Positions 9,081 through 17,375 are shown, counted from the first letter of the stretch. The stretch is DNA of 22,562 nt from a bacterium (GCA_031441465.1 JANOEP010000043.1:1-22562), one strand, 5' to 3'. Numbers and translations: made by a program. Notes: generated by a model not told the origin, from the letters alone.

Positions 9081-9142
9081 CACAAGCGCTTTACGGGCAT
9101 GCTCGCTGCGCGAGATGCGCGTAATGCGCTCCTGTGTTAAAT
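9081..9142 (+). other. Long imperfect hairpin at the right end of the element, ending in GTTAAAT
   Basis: Left arm CACAAGCGCTTTACGGGCATGCTCGC, loop TGC, right arm GCGAGATGCGCGTAATGCGCTCCTGTG; pairs along its length with a few mismatches and bulges. Confidence 0.7.
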
Positions 9143-9446
9143 TGTAAAGCCACAAATGCTGCTGTATCTAGCAATCTGAAATTTTGTAAATTGAGAATAC
9201 CCTGTTTGTGTGGTGATGTATACTGCTAAACTCTGAGTCTGGTAGCCATAGCAAATCATGCCGGATGACCCTACAGATCAGAATGATGGTGTAAGCAACG
9301 GGCGTCTTAGCGCACCGCCCCGTAGCGAAGTACGCGTCCGCCATCCCATTACCACACCCCCAAACACCTGCAACGCCTACCAACTCATATTGGCCCGCAC
9401 CCGATGCAGTTAGTTTACAAGTGCAGCTTTTCGCATACATCCATTT

Positions 9447-9519
9447 TGGAGCCGCACTGCGTCAACCATAATGAAATCGGGCACGATTTTGAGACTCCGA
9501 GACAAAATGGAGCCGCACT
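9447..9519 (+). repeat. Exact 12-bp direct repeat TGGAGCCGCACT (9447-9458, 9508-9519); possible integrase arm-type sites
   Basis: Read directly; overlaps an inverted pair CCATTTTG (9441-9448) / CAAAATGG (9503-9510); lies about 170-240 bp from the tRNA fragment. Confidence 0.7.
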
Positions 9520-9686
9520 CGATCCCTACTGGACCTCTCCCCCCACCTCTCCTTGCGGCCACCCCCGGCACCTGAAATCTCGGCCCCGTAAGTGTCGTAA
9601 CAACAGCCAAATACAAAGGCCCCGATCTACCTAAGACCGGAGCCTCCGTCAACATCTCTGTAACTCATTGCTAAACTGAAACTTGA

Positions 9687-9732
9687 TGGCTCCCCGGGCA
9701 GGGCTCGAACTCAACACCATCGGTTAACAGCC
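9687..9732 (-). pseudogene. Degenerate 3' half of tRNA-Asn(GTT), probable att-site remnant
   Basis: Minus strand: GGCTGTTAACCGA-TGGTGTTGA-GTTCGAGCCCTGC-CCGGGGAGCCA, giving an anticodon arm with GTT, a T-loop TTCGAG, the acceptor 3' strand and CCA. The 5' acceptor strand and D arm are absent and the T-stem pairs poorly. Confidence 0.75.
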
Positions 9733-9750
9733 CAGCCCTCCCCCTACATG

Positions 9751-9780
9751 AAAAGGCCCCGAACAAGCGCCCAGGGCCTT
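9751..9780 (-). terminator. Possible intrinsic terminator of the carboxypeptidase gene
   Basis: AAGGCCC/GGGCCTT stem with a 14-nt loop ending in TTTT on the minus strand, about 26 nt after the stop codon. Confidence 0.4.
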
Positions 9781-9806
9781 CATGGATATTGACACGATCG
9801 CACGAA

Positions 9807-12407
9807 TCATTTCACAAGCATCAACTTCTGCACGCTGCTGACTCCCTGAGCCGTCAACCGCGCGAAGTAGACCCCACTCGGCGCCCGGCTGCCTTCGTCG
9901 GTCTGCCCGTCCCACACCACGGTGTGGTCGCCGGCGGCCAGATCGCCGCTGACCAGGGTGCGCACGCAGCGGCCCGCCGCATCGTACAACGCCAACTCAG
10001 CCCGTCCCGCCCCCGCCAGCATGAAGGACACCGTCGTTGCGGGGTTGAACGGGTTGGGATACGCGACCGTGATCGCGGTCGCGCGCGACGGTGCGTTGCC
10101 CGCGCCTGTGTTCTGCGGCTGACCCAGACCGTGGATCGTGAAGTCGTCGAAGTGGAAGCCGTCCCTGGCCGTCGAGCTGTCCGTGTTCAGGCGGAAGCGG
10201 AAGCGCACGTCGGCCTGGCCCAGCCAGGGCGCTAGGTCGACCGTGTTGAGCACCCAGGTCGCCTGCGCGTTCTCGAAGTAGGGCTGGCCGGCGATCTGCT
10301 TGCCTTGGCCGCTGCCGGGCTGGGTGTAGGCGGTGGCGACCGGCGTCCAGACGGTGCCGCCGTCGACCGAGACCTGGAACTGCACACCGTCCCAGTTGGT
10401 CTCGATGTTCCACTTGGCCTGGAAGCTGACGGTGCCCGAGTCCATGCCCGTGAGATCTGCCCCCGCGGTCATGGTGCAGTGGCTGATCTGGTTGTTGAGG
10501 TAGTTGGTGGTCGGGCTGTCGGTCATCTCGAAGGTCGAGCCGCTGGGCCCGCCGGCGAGCAGACCCCAGGTGAATTCCCGGGTCCAGCCGTCGGTCAGGC
10601 CGTTCTCGAAGTTGGTGGCGAAGGGCGTCAGTTCGACGGTCAGGCCAAGGGTCACGTCGGGCGCGGTCACCGACGCGGCGTCGAGGGTCACGACCTGCTC
10701 CGCGGTCGCGTGGCCCGCGGCGCTGTAGACTAGGCGGTACTCGCCGTAGACCAGGCCAGGCACCGTGTAGTCGCCGGACGCGTTCGCGTTGACGATCGCC
10801 ACCTGTTCGTTCAGGGGGTGGGTGTAGCACTTCACCTGCGCGGCCACCGGGGTGCCGCCGGTCTGCATGACGTGCCCGGCGATGGACCCGTAGGCGACGG
10901 GGGCGAGCACCACGTTCAGAACGGTGGGCGTGCCCCAGGTCGTGCCGACGTTGTTGATCGTCTGGGTGATGTAGCCGGCGGCGCTGAACGTCAGCGAGTA
11001 GGTGCCGGTGTCCAGCAGTTTGTAGTAGTCGCCGAAGGACGGGTCGGTATGGACGACCTTGCTGTTGCCCGTGACGGTGACCGTGGCGTCCAGGGGCAGG
11101 CCGGTGTCCGAGCCGGTGACCACGCCGTTGACGCCGTAGCGCGCCGATTTGACGTAGTGCATCAGGCTTTCGCGGTTCTCGTTCCAGAAACCGACCAGCA
11201 GATTGGCCGCCGGCCACTTGGTGTTCGAAACCTCGACCGTGGCGTCGATGCAGTCGGTCTGGTCGTAGCTCCAGTCCTGCAGCGTGCCCAGGGCCACGTA
11301 CCAGTCGGCGCCGTTGGTGATGCCCTGCGGGAAGGCGCCGTTGTACATCGGCGAATTGTAGGTGCTGTACTCGAGGCTCATTTTGATGCAAGCGGCGTCG
11401 TCAGGCGCCAGCGTGTAGGTCCAGTCCCAGAGGTAGTTCACGACCAGCGCGCCGCCGTGGTAGTTGCTGCTCATCACGAAGTGGTGGCCGTTGGCGTAGT
11501 TCATGAAGTGCTGGTTCTCGATCTCCTGGACCAGGTCGTCGCCCGCGGGCTCGAGGAAGTTGCGGTTCAGGTCCACGCTGTTGGCGTTGTAGCGCTGGCT
11601 CATCGCCGTGCCGTCGGGATTGTGCATCGGCATCAGGTGGATCTCGTAGTTGTCCACCAGATTGGTGACGTCCTCGCGGCCGACCACGCCGTAGTTCTCG
11701 GTCAGGTAGTGGGCGAAATCCAGCAGCATGATCATGCCGGTGACCTCGTCGCCGTGCATGCTGGAGGACAGGCGCACCTCAGGCTCGGCCTCCGACGTGC
11801 TGACGTTGTCCGAGATCACCAAGCCCCACAGGGCGCGGCCCTGGACCGAAGTGCCCCACTGGAAGTCGCGGGCGATCGCCGGGTAGTTGGTCTCGATCGT
11901 CGCGAAGATGGTGCCGATCTGGGCGTGCGTCGGGTAGTAGTTGTAAGGGGCGGTGAGGATGGGCTCGTCCTTGTTCAGGGACATCTCCATCCAGACGCGC
12001 TCGGCGGCCTCGCGTCCCTCGCGGTCGAAGTCGCGCACGCGGCGCGGGGCGTAGCCGGCGGCCTCGAGCGCGGCGTACTCCACCTCGGTCACGCGGGGCC
12101 GGAAGGCCAGGCGCTCGCTCTTGGGGTCGCGGTCCAGGGGTGCTAGCTGCTCGCGGTCGAAGGAGGCGACCGGCACCGCCGCCAGCAGGGCGTCCAGCGC
12201 CGCGCGGTCGGCCAGCTCGATCGCCACCGGGAAGTCGTTCCAGACGGCGATCGACCACTGCGGCAGGCCGTTCGCGTCCAGCGGGATCTGGTCCTGGGTG
12301 GTGGCTGCCGCGAGCGCCGGGAGCGCCGCCAGAATCACCAAAGCCGCCGCGACCCGCCGGCCGCACGATGTCACGCTACGCCAATCGAATCCCATGATGT
12401 GGCCCAT
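9807..12407 (-). CDS. Secreted M14 zinc carboxypeptidase (N/E/D-like) with carboxypeptidase-regulatory-like repeats, a jelly-roll-like domain and a FlgD-Ig/T9SS-like C-terminal domain
   Basis: MHGDE (HxxE), NPDG, RYNANSVDLNRNF, NYHGG, GTLQDWSY, TVEVS; signal-like VAAALVILAALPALAA; C-terminal YPNPFNP...WDGQTDEG...SGVYF...KLMLVK. Start could be 12395. Confidence 0.92.
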   Translation of the reverse strand: MGHIMGFDWRSVTSCGRRVAAALVILAALPALAAATTQDQIPLDANGLPQWSIAVWNDFPVAIELADRAALDALLAAVPVASFDREQLAPLDRDPKSERLAFRPRVTEVEYAALEAAGYAPRRVRDFDREGREAAERVWMEMSLNKDEPILTAPYNYYPTHAQIGTIFATIETNYPAIARDFQWGTSVQGRALWGLVISDNVSTSEAEPEVRLSSSMHGDEVTGMIMLLDFAHYLTENYGVVGREDVTNLVDNYEIHLMPMHNPDGTAMSQRYNANSVDLNRNFLEPAGDDLVQEIENQHFMNYANGHHFVMSSNYHGGALVVNYLWDWTYTLAPDDAACIKMSLEYSTYNSPMYNGAFPQGITNGADWYVALGTLQDWSYDQTDCIDATVEVSNTKWPAANLLVGFWNENRESLMHYVKSARYGVNGVVTGSDTGLPLDATVTVTGNSKVVHTDPSFGDYYKLLDTGTYSLTFSAAGYITQTINNVGTTWGTPTVLNVVLAPVAYGSIAGHVMQTGGTPVAAQVKCYTHPLNEQVAIVNANASGDYTVPGLVYGEYRLVYSAAGHATAEQVVTLDAASVTAPDVTLGLTVELTPFATNFENGLTDGWTREFTWGLLAGGPSGSTFEMTDSPTTNYLNNQISHCTMTAGADLTGMDSGTVSFQAKWNIETNWDGVQFQVSVDGGTVWTPVATAYTQPGSGQGKQIAGQPYFENAQATWVLNTVDLAPWLGQADVRFRFRLNTDSSTARDGFHFDDFTIHGLGQPQNTGAGNAPSRATAITVAYPNPFNPATTVSFMLAGAGRAELALYDAAGRCVRTLVSGDLAAGDHTVVWDGQTDEGSRAPSGVYFARLTAQGVSSVQKLMLVK

Positions 12408-12543
12408 CCTTGAAGTCGGGTGAAGATCGGGCGCGTTCCGGCGGGGGGCGTGAACGCGGGCGACGTCGCTGCACCTCTCGATTATACAACTTTTCCGGCG
12501 ATAAATCGAGGGGCGCCTCGCCGACGGGGTTCGTTTAAGACAA

Positions 12544-12612
12544 GGGCGGGGAGCTGGCCTGGGCCCTCTCCCCGCCCGGGAGCATCCGCGGGAGGCGCCG
12601 GAGCGCCTCCCG
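12544..12612 (-). terminator. Two GC-rich hairpins after the C25 gene (terminator or mRNA-stabilising)
   Basis: CGGGAGGCGC/GCGCCTCCCG (12589-12612) and GGGCGGGGAG/CTCCCCGCCC (12544-12577); the latter is followed by TTGTCTT on the minus strand. Confidence 0.55.
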
Positions 12613-12617
12613 GGGAA

Positions 12618-15600
12618 TCACTTCAACAGGGTCATCTTGCGGGTCAGTTCCTGACCCTCGCTGCGCAGGCGGTAGTAGTACGTGCCGCTGGCCGACTGCC
12701 GGCCCGTGTCGTCACGGCCGTCCCAGACCACCGTGTGCGTCGCGGCCGTCAGCTCGCCGCCGACCAGCGTCCGCACCTGCCGGCCCGCCAGGTCGTAGAC
12801 CTGCAGGTCCACCCGGCCCGCGCGCGGCACCGCGAACGTGATGTTCGTCGACGGGTTGAACGGGTTCGGGAAGTTCTGCGCCAACGACAGCACCGCCGGC
12901 GCGTCTCCCGCGCCCGTCGAGCCGCCGCCGTACACGATCTTCAGGCACCACTCGCTCAACGTGCCGACGTCGCCGCCGGCCAGGTCGGCGACCGTCAGCG
13001 TCCAGTTGCCGTCCAAAACCTGGCCCGCGAACAGGCCCAGGTCGCCCGCCGGGGTCAGCGTGTCCGGGTACCACCCGTAGATGTTGTCCGTGCCGCTGCC
13101 CGTGCGGTTGTGCAGGCGCACCGTGGTGCCCGCCGGGGACCTAAGGTCCACCGTCAGGTCGCCCTGGTACGTGTGCACGATGTCCACGAACACCTCGACG
13201 CTGGTCACGGTCACGCCCGCGCCCATCGAGAGGGCCATCGGGCTGTTCACGGTCCCGTAGTCGATGATCGGCAGACCCGGCTGCAGGCATTGCGTGAGTT
13301 CGCTGACCGGCGTCAGCGTCAGGTTCACGCCCGTCATCTGCTGGCCCTCGGCCAGCGTCACCGACGTCGAGGCGATGCTCCACGCCGCCTTGCTGGCGCG
13401 GATCGTGTAGGTGCCCGCGTACAGACCCGGCAGGGTGTAGTTGCCCGCCGCGTCGGTGTACGCCGTGCCGCCGTTGGGGAGGCCCTCGACCAGCACGCCC
13501 GAGTCGTTGGTCGAGCCCTGCAGGTCGACCCGTCCGCTCACGCTGCAGCCGCCGAACTCCGGCGTCAGCAGCCACTGCACGGAGTTCTCCAGGAGACTCG
13601 CCGCGCAGGCGGGCGCGAGGGCCGCGTAGTTGAAGCAGAAGAACACGATCTGGCCGCCCGCCGGCGCGGGGTTCGGATCGTAGCAGATCACGCTGGCGTC
13701 GGTCGGGTAGGTCGACCAGGTGCCCACCTTCACGGCGTCGGCCAGGGGCGTCATCGCATCCTGGTCGCCGTAGCCGCTGTAGGTGATGGCGTTGCCGCCG
13801 CCGATGACGTTCGGCACCGACATCACGTAGTGGGTCGGGGCCGCGACTTCGAGCGTGCCGCTCTGGTCGTGGTTCCAGTCGTTGGTGTGCATGACGGTCG
13901 AGGCGAAGGCCCCGGTGCCGTAGTGGTCGTAGCCCACCTCGCCGCCCTCGAGCAGCAGGTGCCCGCCGGCCGTCACGTAGTTGATCATCGCCGTCCGGAA
14001 GGCGGTGTTGTTCAGCGTCGTGACGTTGGCGCCGGAGGAGACCAGCAGCAGGTCGTACAGCGACCAGTCGGCCGGCACGGTGGCGCCCATCGTCTGCACG
14101 GTCACGCCGTAGCCCAGGAACTCGAGGTCGTTGACCAGGTTGGTCACGGCCTTGTCGTCCTCGGCGGCGTAGCCGGCGGCGACCAGCTGGCCCTTCTCGT
14201 CGAACTTGTCGGCCGCGAAGCCGGCCTTGGCGTTGTCGTCGATGACCAGGATGTCGCCGTTGGTCGGCTCGAGCAGGAAGTCCTTCTCGACGATCGGATC
14301 GGCGACTTCGACGGAGATCGTCACCGGCACGTGGTGCGAGGCGCGCACCACGACCGAGTACGTGAAGTACGGCAGCGCCGCGGTCGTGAACACGCCCGAG
14401 GCGTCGCTCGTCGTCTCGGTGTACAGCAGGTTGTTGTCGCTGCGGTACACGCGCACGATCCCCTGCAGGGGCAGGAGCGTCACCGAGTCGGTGATCAGGC
14501 CCGTCAGCACGCCCGAAGGCGCCGCGACCATCGCGACGTCGAACGTGTTGGGACCGTAGTTCAGGAACATCGCCTGCTCGAAGTGCAGGTAGCCGAAGAC
14601 GTCCACCACGATGGTGTAGTCGTCGACCAGGACGTCCGCGCCCACGTCGTAGTTGCCCGACGCGTTGGTCGTCGCCGAGAAGACCTCGACGCCCAGGCCG
14701 TCCAGGCCGTGCACGACCGCGCCGACCGCCGGCGAGCCGGCCAGGTCCACGTGACCGGTCAGCTGGCCGTAGGCCTCCACGACGTCGAACGTCTCGCTGT
14801 ACAGGTTGTAGCCGCTCAGCGCGATGATGCCCGTGACCACGCCCGTCTGCGTCGCGGTCAGGACCAGGCTCGAGGCGCCGGTCGACTGCTCGCTGCCGTC
14901 CGGCAGCACCGCGTGCAGCGTGGCGCCGGCCTCGCCGGACGTCGCGTGCAGGGTGCCCGGCAGGTTCAGCGGGAACAGGTCGGTCATGCCGATGTCCGTG
15001 GTCACCGTCAGGTCCGGCGACGTCAGGGCCAGCGCGTTGACCGTCAGCGGCTCGCGGAAAAGCTCGTACGGATCAGCGGCGCGCTTGCCGACGACGTCCA
15101 CCGTGGGGCCGTACGGGTAGGTGACGCTGATCACGGCCACGCCCGAGGCGTTGGTGGCCACGGCGGTCGACGTGTAGCCCAGGCCCTCGGCCCAGACGTC
15201 CAGGCCGACGATCGGGGTGACGCCATCCTCTTCGTAGACCGTCACGGTCACCGGCGTCGTCACGTTGGCGTCGATGGCCGACGGGACGATCGAGACCACG
15301 GCCGGCACGATGACCGGCACGTCGACGATGTAGGGCTCGAGGTTCTGCATCATCACGACCAGGTGCGCCGTGCCCGGCGTCAGGACCCCGCTCAGGTCCA
15401 GGACCGCCGAACCGGTGGCGCCGACCGTGCCGGCCGCCAGGAGTACGCCGCCCTGGGTCAGGCCGACGTAGCTGCCGGGCGCGGCGTCGAGGGCGAACGT
15501 CACGGCGTTGGTGAACAGCGTCGGCACGTGGCTGACGGGGTTCGTGCCGGGCACGCCCATGTAGGTCGACAGCGACGGGTCGCCCATCAGGTTGTAGATG

Positions 15601-17375
15601 TTCCAGTAGTAGGTGATGCGGGACGAGCCGGACTGGCTGACGGCCAGGTTGCCGGCGAAGTTCAGCGCGTCGTTGGTCACGTACCACTGCGGCATGGCCT
15701 CGCCGTGGTCGTGGAACGCGCCGTCGTAGGCGCCGATGCCGGTGTGCTCGACCGGCCACGCCGAGCCGTTGATCTCGCTGGAGGCGTGGTAGCCGACGCC
15801 CCACCAGTAGTCCTCGTCCCAGTAGGTCGAGTTCGAGGCGCCGATGTAGCCGATGGCGCCCTTGTTCGCGGCGCGGATCATGGTCTCGCCGAAGCACTCG
15901 GCGGTGTCGTAGGTCGAGGTCAGGCAGCAGTTGCCCACGGCCAGGAAGTACTTCCCGGCGTTGGTCATGCTGTTGACGTTGGCCTGGGTCATCGACGGGT
16001 CGGACCAGCTGGTCTCGCTGCCGTGGGCCGTGTAGTTGATGAACGACACGCCTTCGTTGCAGGTCTGGATGATCGCGGCCGGGGCGCCGGCGCCGTCGGA
16101 GGCCGGGTACAGCCAAGTGTTGCTGGTCAGGCCGTGGGCCGCGTTGAAGTAGTGCTCGGTCCCGTAATTGATCTGGCCGTTGCCGTGAGTGGCGGCGTAG
16201 GTGCCATCGACGCCGGCGATCATGGTGACCTCGGCCAGGTAGCTGGGATCGGGCATGGTGAACTTGTCGTACATCATCGTCTTGTCCAGGATGGCCTGGA
16301 GCTGCGCGCTGTTGGTGGCCGAGAAGCGGCCGTAGTACATCTCGGGGTAGAGGTCGCCGTCCACCGAGCAGTACGGGCGGTCGGTCGCGTCTCCGGCCTG
16401 GTCGAACGTCGGACACTGCGCAACGTCGCCGACGAAGATCACGAAGCTCGGCGCCGGCAGTACGGGCGTGCCGGCGTTGTAGAGGCCGAGCAGGTAGGCC
16501 TGGATCGACGTCGTGGTCGATCCGACCTGCGGGCTGCCGATCACGCCGACGATCACGTGGAAGCCGCGCTCGGTCTTCCACTGGACGAAGCTGGAGAGCT
16601 GGGCCTCGAACATCGCCGGGGTGACGATGACCATCGTCACGACGTCGCGCACGACGTCGGGATTGTCGTCGTGGATCGTCTTGGCGCCGTCGAGCATCCC
16701 GTAGATGGGGGCGAAGAACGGGCTGTTGGTGCTGGCGGCGCGGTAATCCTGGGTGGACTTGTCGGCGCCGTCGAAGACCACGCGGAACTCGATCTCGTCG
16801 TAGACGACGATCTCGTTGCTGCGGGGCAGGTATTCCACCGGGGATATCTCGAGGCGGCCCACGCCGTGGGCGCGCAGGACGCCCAGGTCGACCACCTTCA
16901 CCAGTTCGCCGCCCACCTTGTCGGTGTCGTAGGCGGAACGGTCGTAGACGAAGGGCAGCGCGGAGAGGTCGGCGCTCTTGCTGACGCTGGGCTGAACCGG
17001 CATCAGCGGGCTGTCGATGCCGTAGTCGGCGAGTTTGAGGGTGCGGCTGGAGACCGACACCACCTCGACGCGCGCGTGCGCGCCGGCGGGCAGGGCGATC
17101 AGCCGGTTCATCATGGGCAACTCGGGCGAGCCTTCCACCATGGAGCTGTGGAAGCCGGGGATCGCCAACCGGGTGAAGTCCCCGGCTTTGGTCGCCACAT
17201 CCAGGGCGGACAGTTCGCCGATCGACACCTGGTAGATCAGCGCATCGCCGCGCTGATCAACCAGTTGCAGGGCGTTCGGCCCGTCCTTGACGGGGATGGG
17301 GCCTGACGTGCCGAAGGCCGCCGAGGCGGCCAGGGCGACGACGGCCGTCGTCAAGAGCATCAACTTCAGACGCAT
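12618..17375 (-). CDS. Secreted C25 (gingipain-family) cysteine peptidase: propeptide, catalytic domain, Ig-like and carboxypeptidase-regulatory-like repeats, proprotein-convertase P-domain, FlgD-Ig/T9SS-like C-terminal domain
   Basis: Signal peptide; GSPELP propeptide motif; FVQWKTERG, FVGD, YYGRFS, NYTAHGS (catalytic His), GNCC (catalytic Cys), NLMGDP; P-domain IVHTYQGDL..L.SPAGT...GNWTLTV.D...D.GTL..W; C-terminal NFPNPFNP...WDGRDD.G...SGTYY. Confidence 0.93.
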   Translation of the reverse strand: MRLKLMLLTTAVVALAASAAFGTSGPIPVKDGPNALQLVDQRGDALIYQVSIGELSALDVATKAGDFTRLAIPGFHSSMVEGSPELPMMNRLIALPAGAHARVEVVSVSSRTLKLADYGIDSPLMPVQPSVSKSADLSALPFVYDRSAYDTDKVGGELVKVVDLGVLRAHGVGRLEISPVEYLPRSNEIVVYDEIEFRVVFDGADKSTQDYRAASTNSPFFAPIYGMLDGAKTIHDDNPDVVRDVVTMVIVTPAMFEAQLSSFVQWKTERGFHVIVGVIGSPQVGSTTTSIQAYLLGLYNAGTPVLPAPSFVIFVGDVAQCPTFDQAGDATDRPYCSVDGDLYPEMYYGRFSATNSAQLQAILDKTMMYDKFTMPDPSYLAEVTMIAGVDGTYAATHGNGQINYGTEHYFNAAHGLTSNTWLYPASDGAGAPAAIIQTCNEGVSFINYTAHGSETSWSDPSMTQANVNSMTNAGKYFLAVGNCCLTSTYDTAECFGETMIRAANKGAIGYIGASNSTYWDEDYWWGVGYHASSEINGSAWPVEHTGIGAYDGAFHDHGEAMPQWYVTNDALNFAGNLAVSQSGSSRITYYWNIYNLMGDPSLSTYMGVPGTNPVSHVPTLFTNAVTFALDAAPGSYVGLTQGGVLLAAGTVGATGSAVLDLSGVLTPGTAHLVVMMQNLEPYIVDVPVIVPAVVSIVPSAIDANVTTPVTVTVYEEDGVTPIVGLDVWAEGLGYTSTAVATNASGVAVISVTYPYGPTVDVVGKRAADPYELFREPLTVNALALTSPDLTVTTDIGMTDLFPLNLPGTLHATSGEAGATLHAVLPDGSEQSTGASSLVLTATQTGVVTGIIALSGYNLYSETFDVVEAYGQLTGHVDLAGSPAVGAVVHGLDGLGVEVFSATTNASGNYDVGADVLVDDYTIVVDVFGYLHFEQAMFLNYGPNTFDVAMVAAPSGVLTGLITDSVTLLPLQGIVRVYRSDNNLLYTETTSDASGVFTTAALPYFTYSVVVRASHHVPVTISVEVADPIVEKDFLLEPTNGDILVIDDNAKAGFAADKFDEKGQLVAAGYAAEDDKAVTNLVNDLEFLGYGVTVQTMGATVPADWSLYDLLLVSSGANVTTLNNTAFRTAMINYVTAGGHLLLEGGEVGYDHYGTGAFASTVMHTNDWNHDQSGTLEVAAPTHYVMSVPNVIGGGNAITYSGYGDQDAMTPLADAVKVGTWSTYPTDASVICYDPNPAPAGGQIVFFCFNYAALAPACAASLLENSVQWLLTPEFGGCSVSGRVDLQGSTNDSGVLVEGLPNGGTAYTDAAGNYTLPGLYAGTYTIRASKAAWSIASTSVTLAEGQQMTGVNLTLTPVSELTQCLQPGLPIIDYGTVNSPMALSMGAGVTVTSVEVFVDIVHTYQGDLTVDLRSPAGTTVRLHNRTGSGTDNIYGWYPDTLTPAGDLGLFAGQVLDGNWTLTVADLAGGDVGTLSEWCLKIVYGGGSTGAGDAPAVLSLAQNFPNPFNPSTNITFAVPRAGRVDLQVYDLAGRQVRTLVGGELTAATHTVVWDGRDDTGRQSASGTYYYRLRSEGQELTRKMTLLK

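Larger units (their letters stand above)
6621..9084 (+). mobile_element. Tyrosine recombinase + IS91-family (rolling-circle HUH) element
   Basis: Two co-oriented genes 9 bp apart form a GC-rich block within AT-richer flanks. Inverted ends TGTGAACGAAGCC (6621-6633) and GGCCTCGTTCACA (9072-9084) match at 12 of 13 positions. Exact limits are inferred. Confidence 0.75.
1..9732. mobile_element. Probable genomic/defence island segment (left end outside the window)
   Basis: Composition shift near 9750, tRNA fragment, recurring direct-repeat motif, and restriction, HEPN and mobile-element content. Confidence 0.6.

Noticed and set aside
9168..9655. Short ORFs 9168-9440, 9404-9634 and 9410-9655
   Set aside because: No recognisable motifs or clear RBS; the region holds repeats and looks non-coding.
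9687..9762. Intact tRNA-Asn gene
   Set aside because: No 5' acceptor strand or D arm, and the T-stem does not pair properly.
9997..12146. ORFs 9997-11391 (-) and 10818-12146 (+)
   Set aside because: Alternative-frame or antisense ORFs within the M14 gene with low-complexity composition.
12420..17306. 1628-aa + strand ORF
   Set aside because: Antisense shadow of the C25 gene caused by high-GC codon bias; Arg/Gly/Val/His-rich with no motifs.
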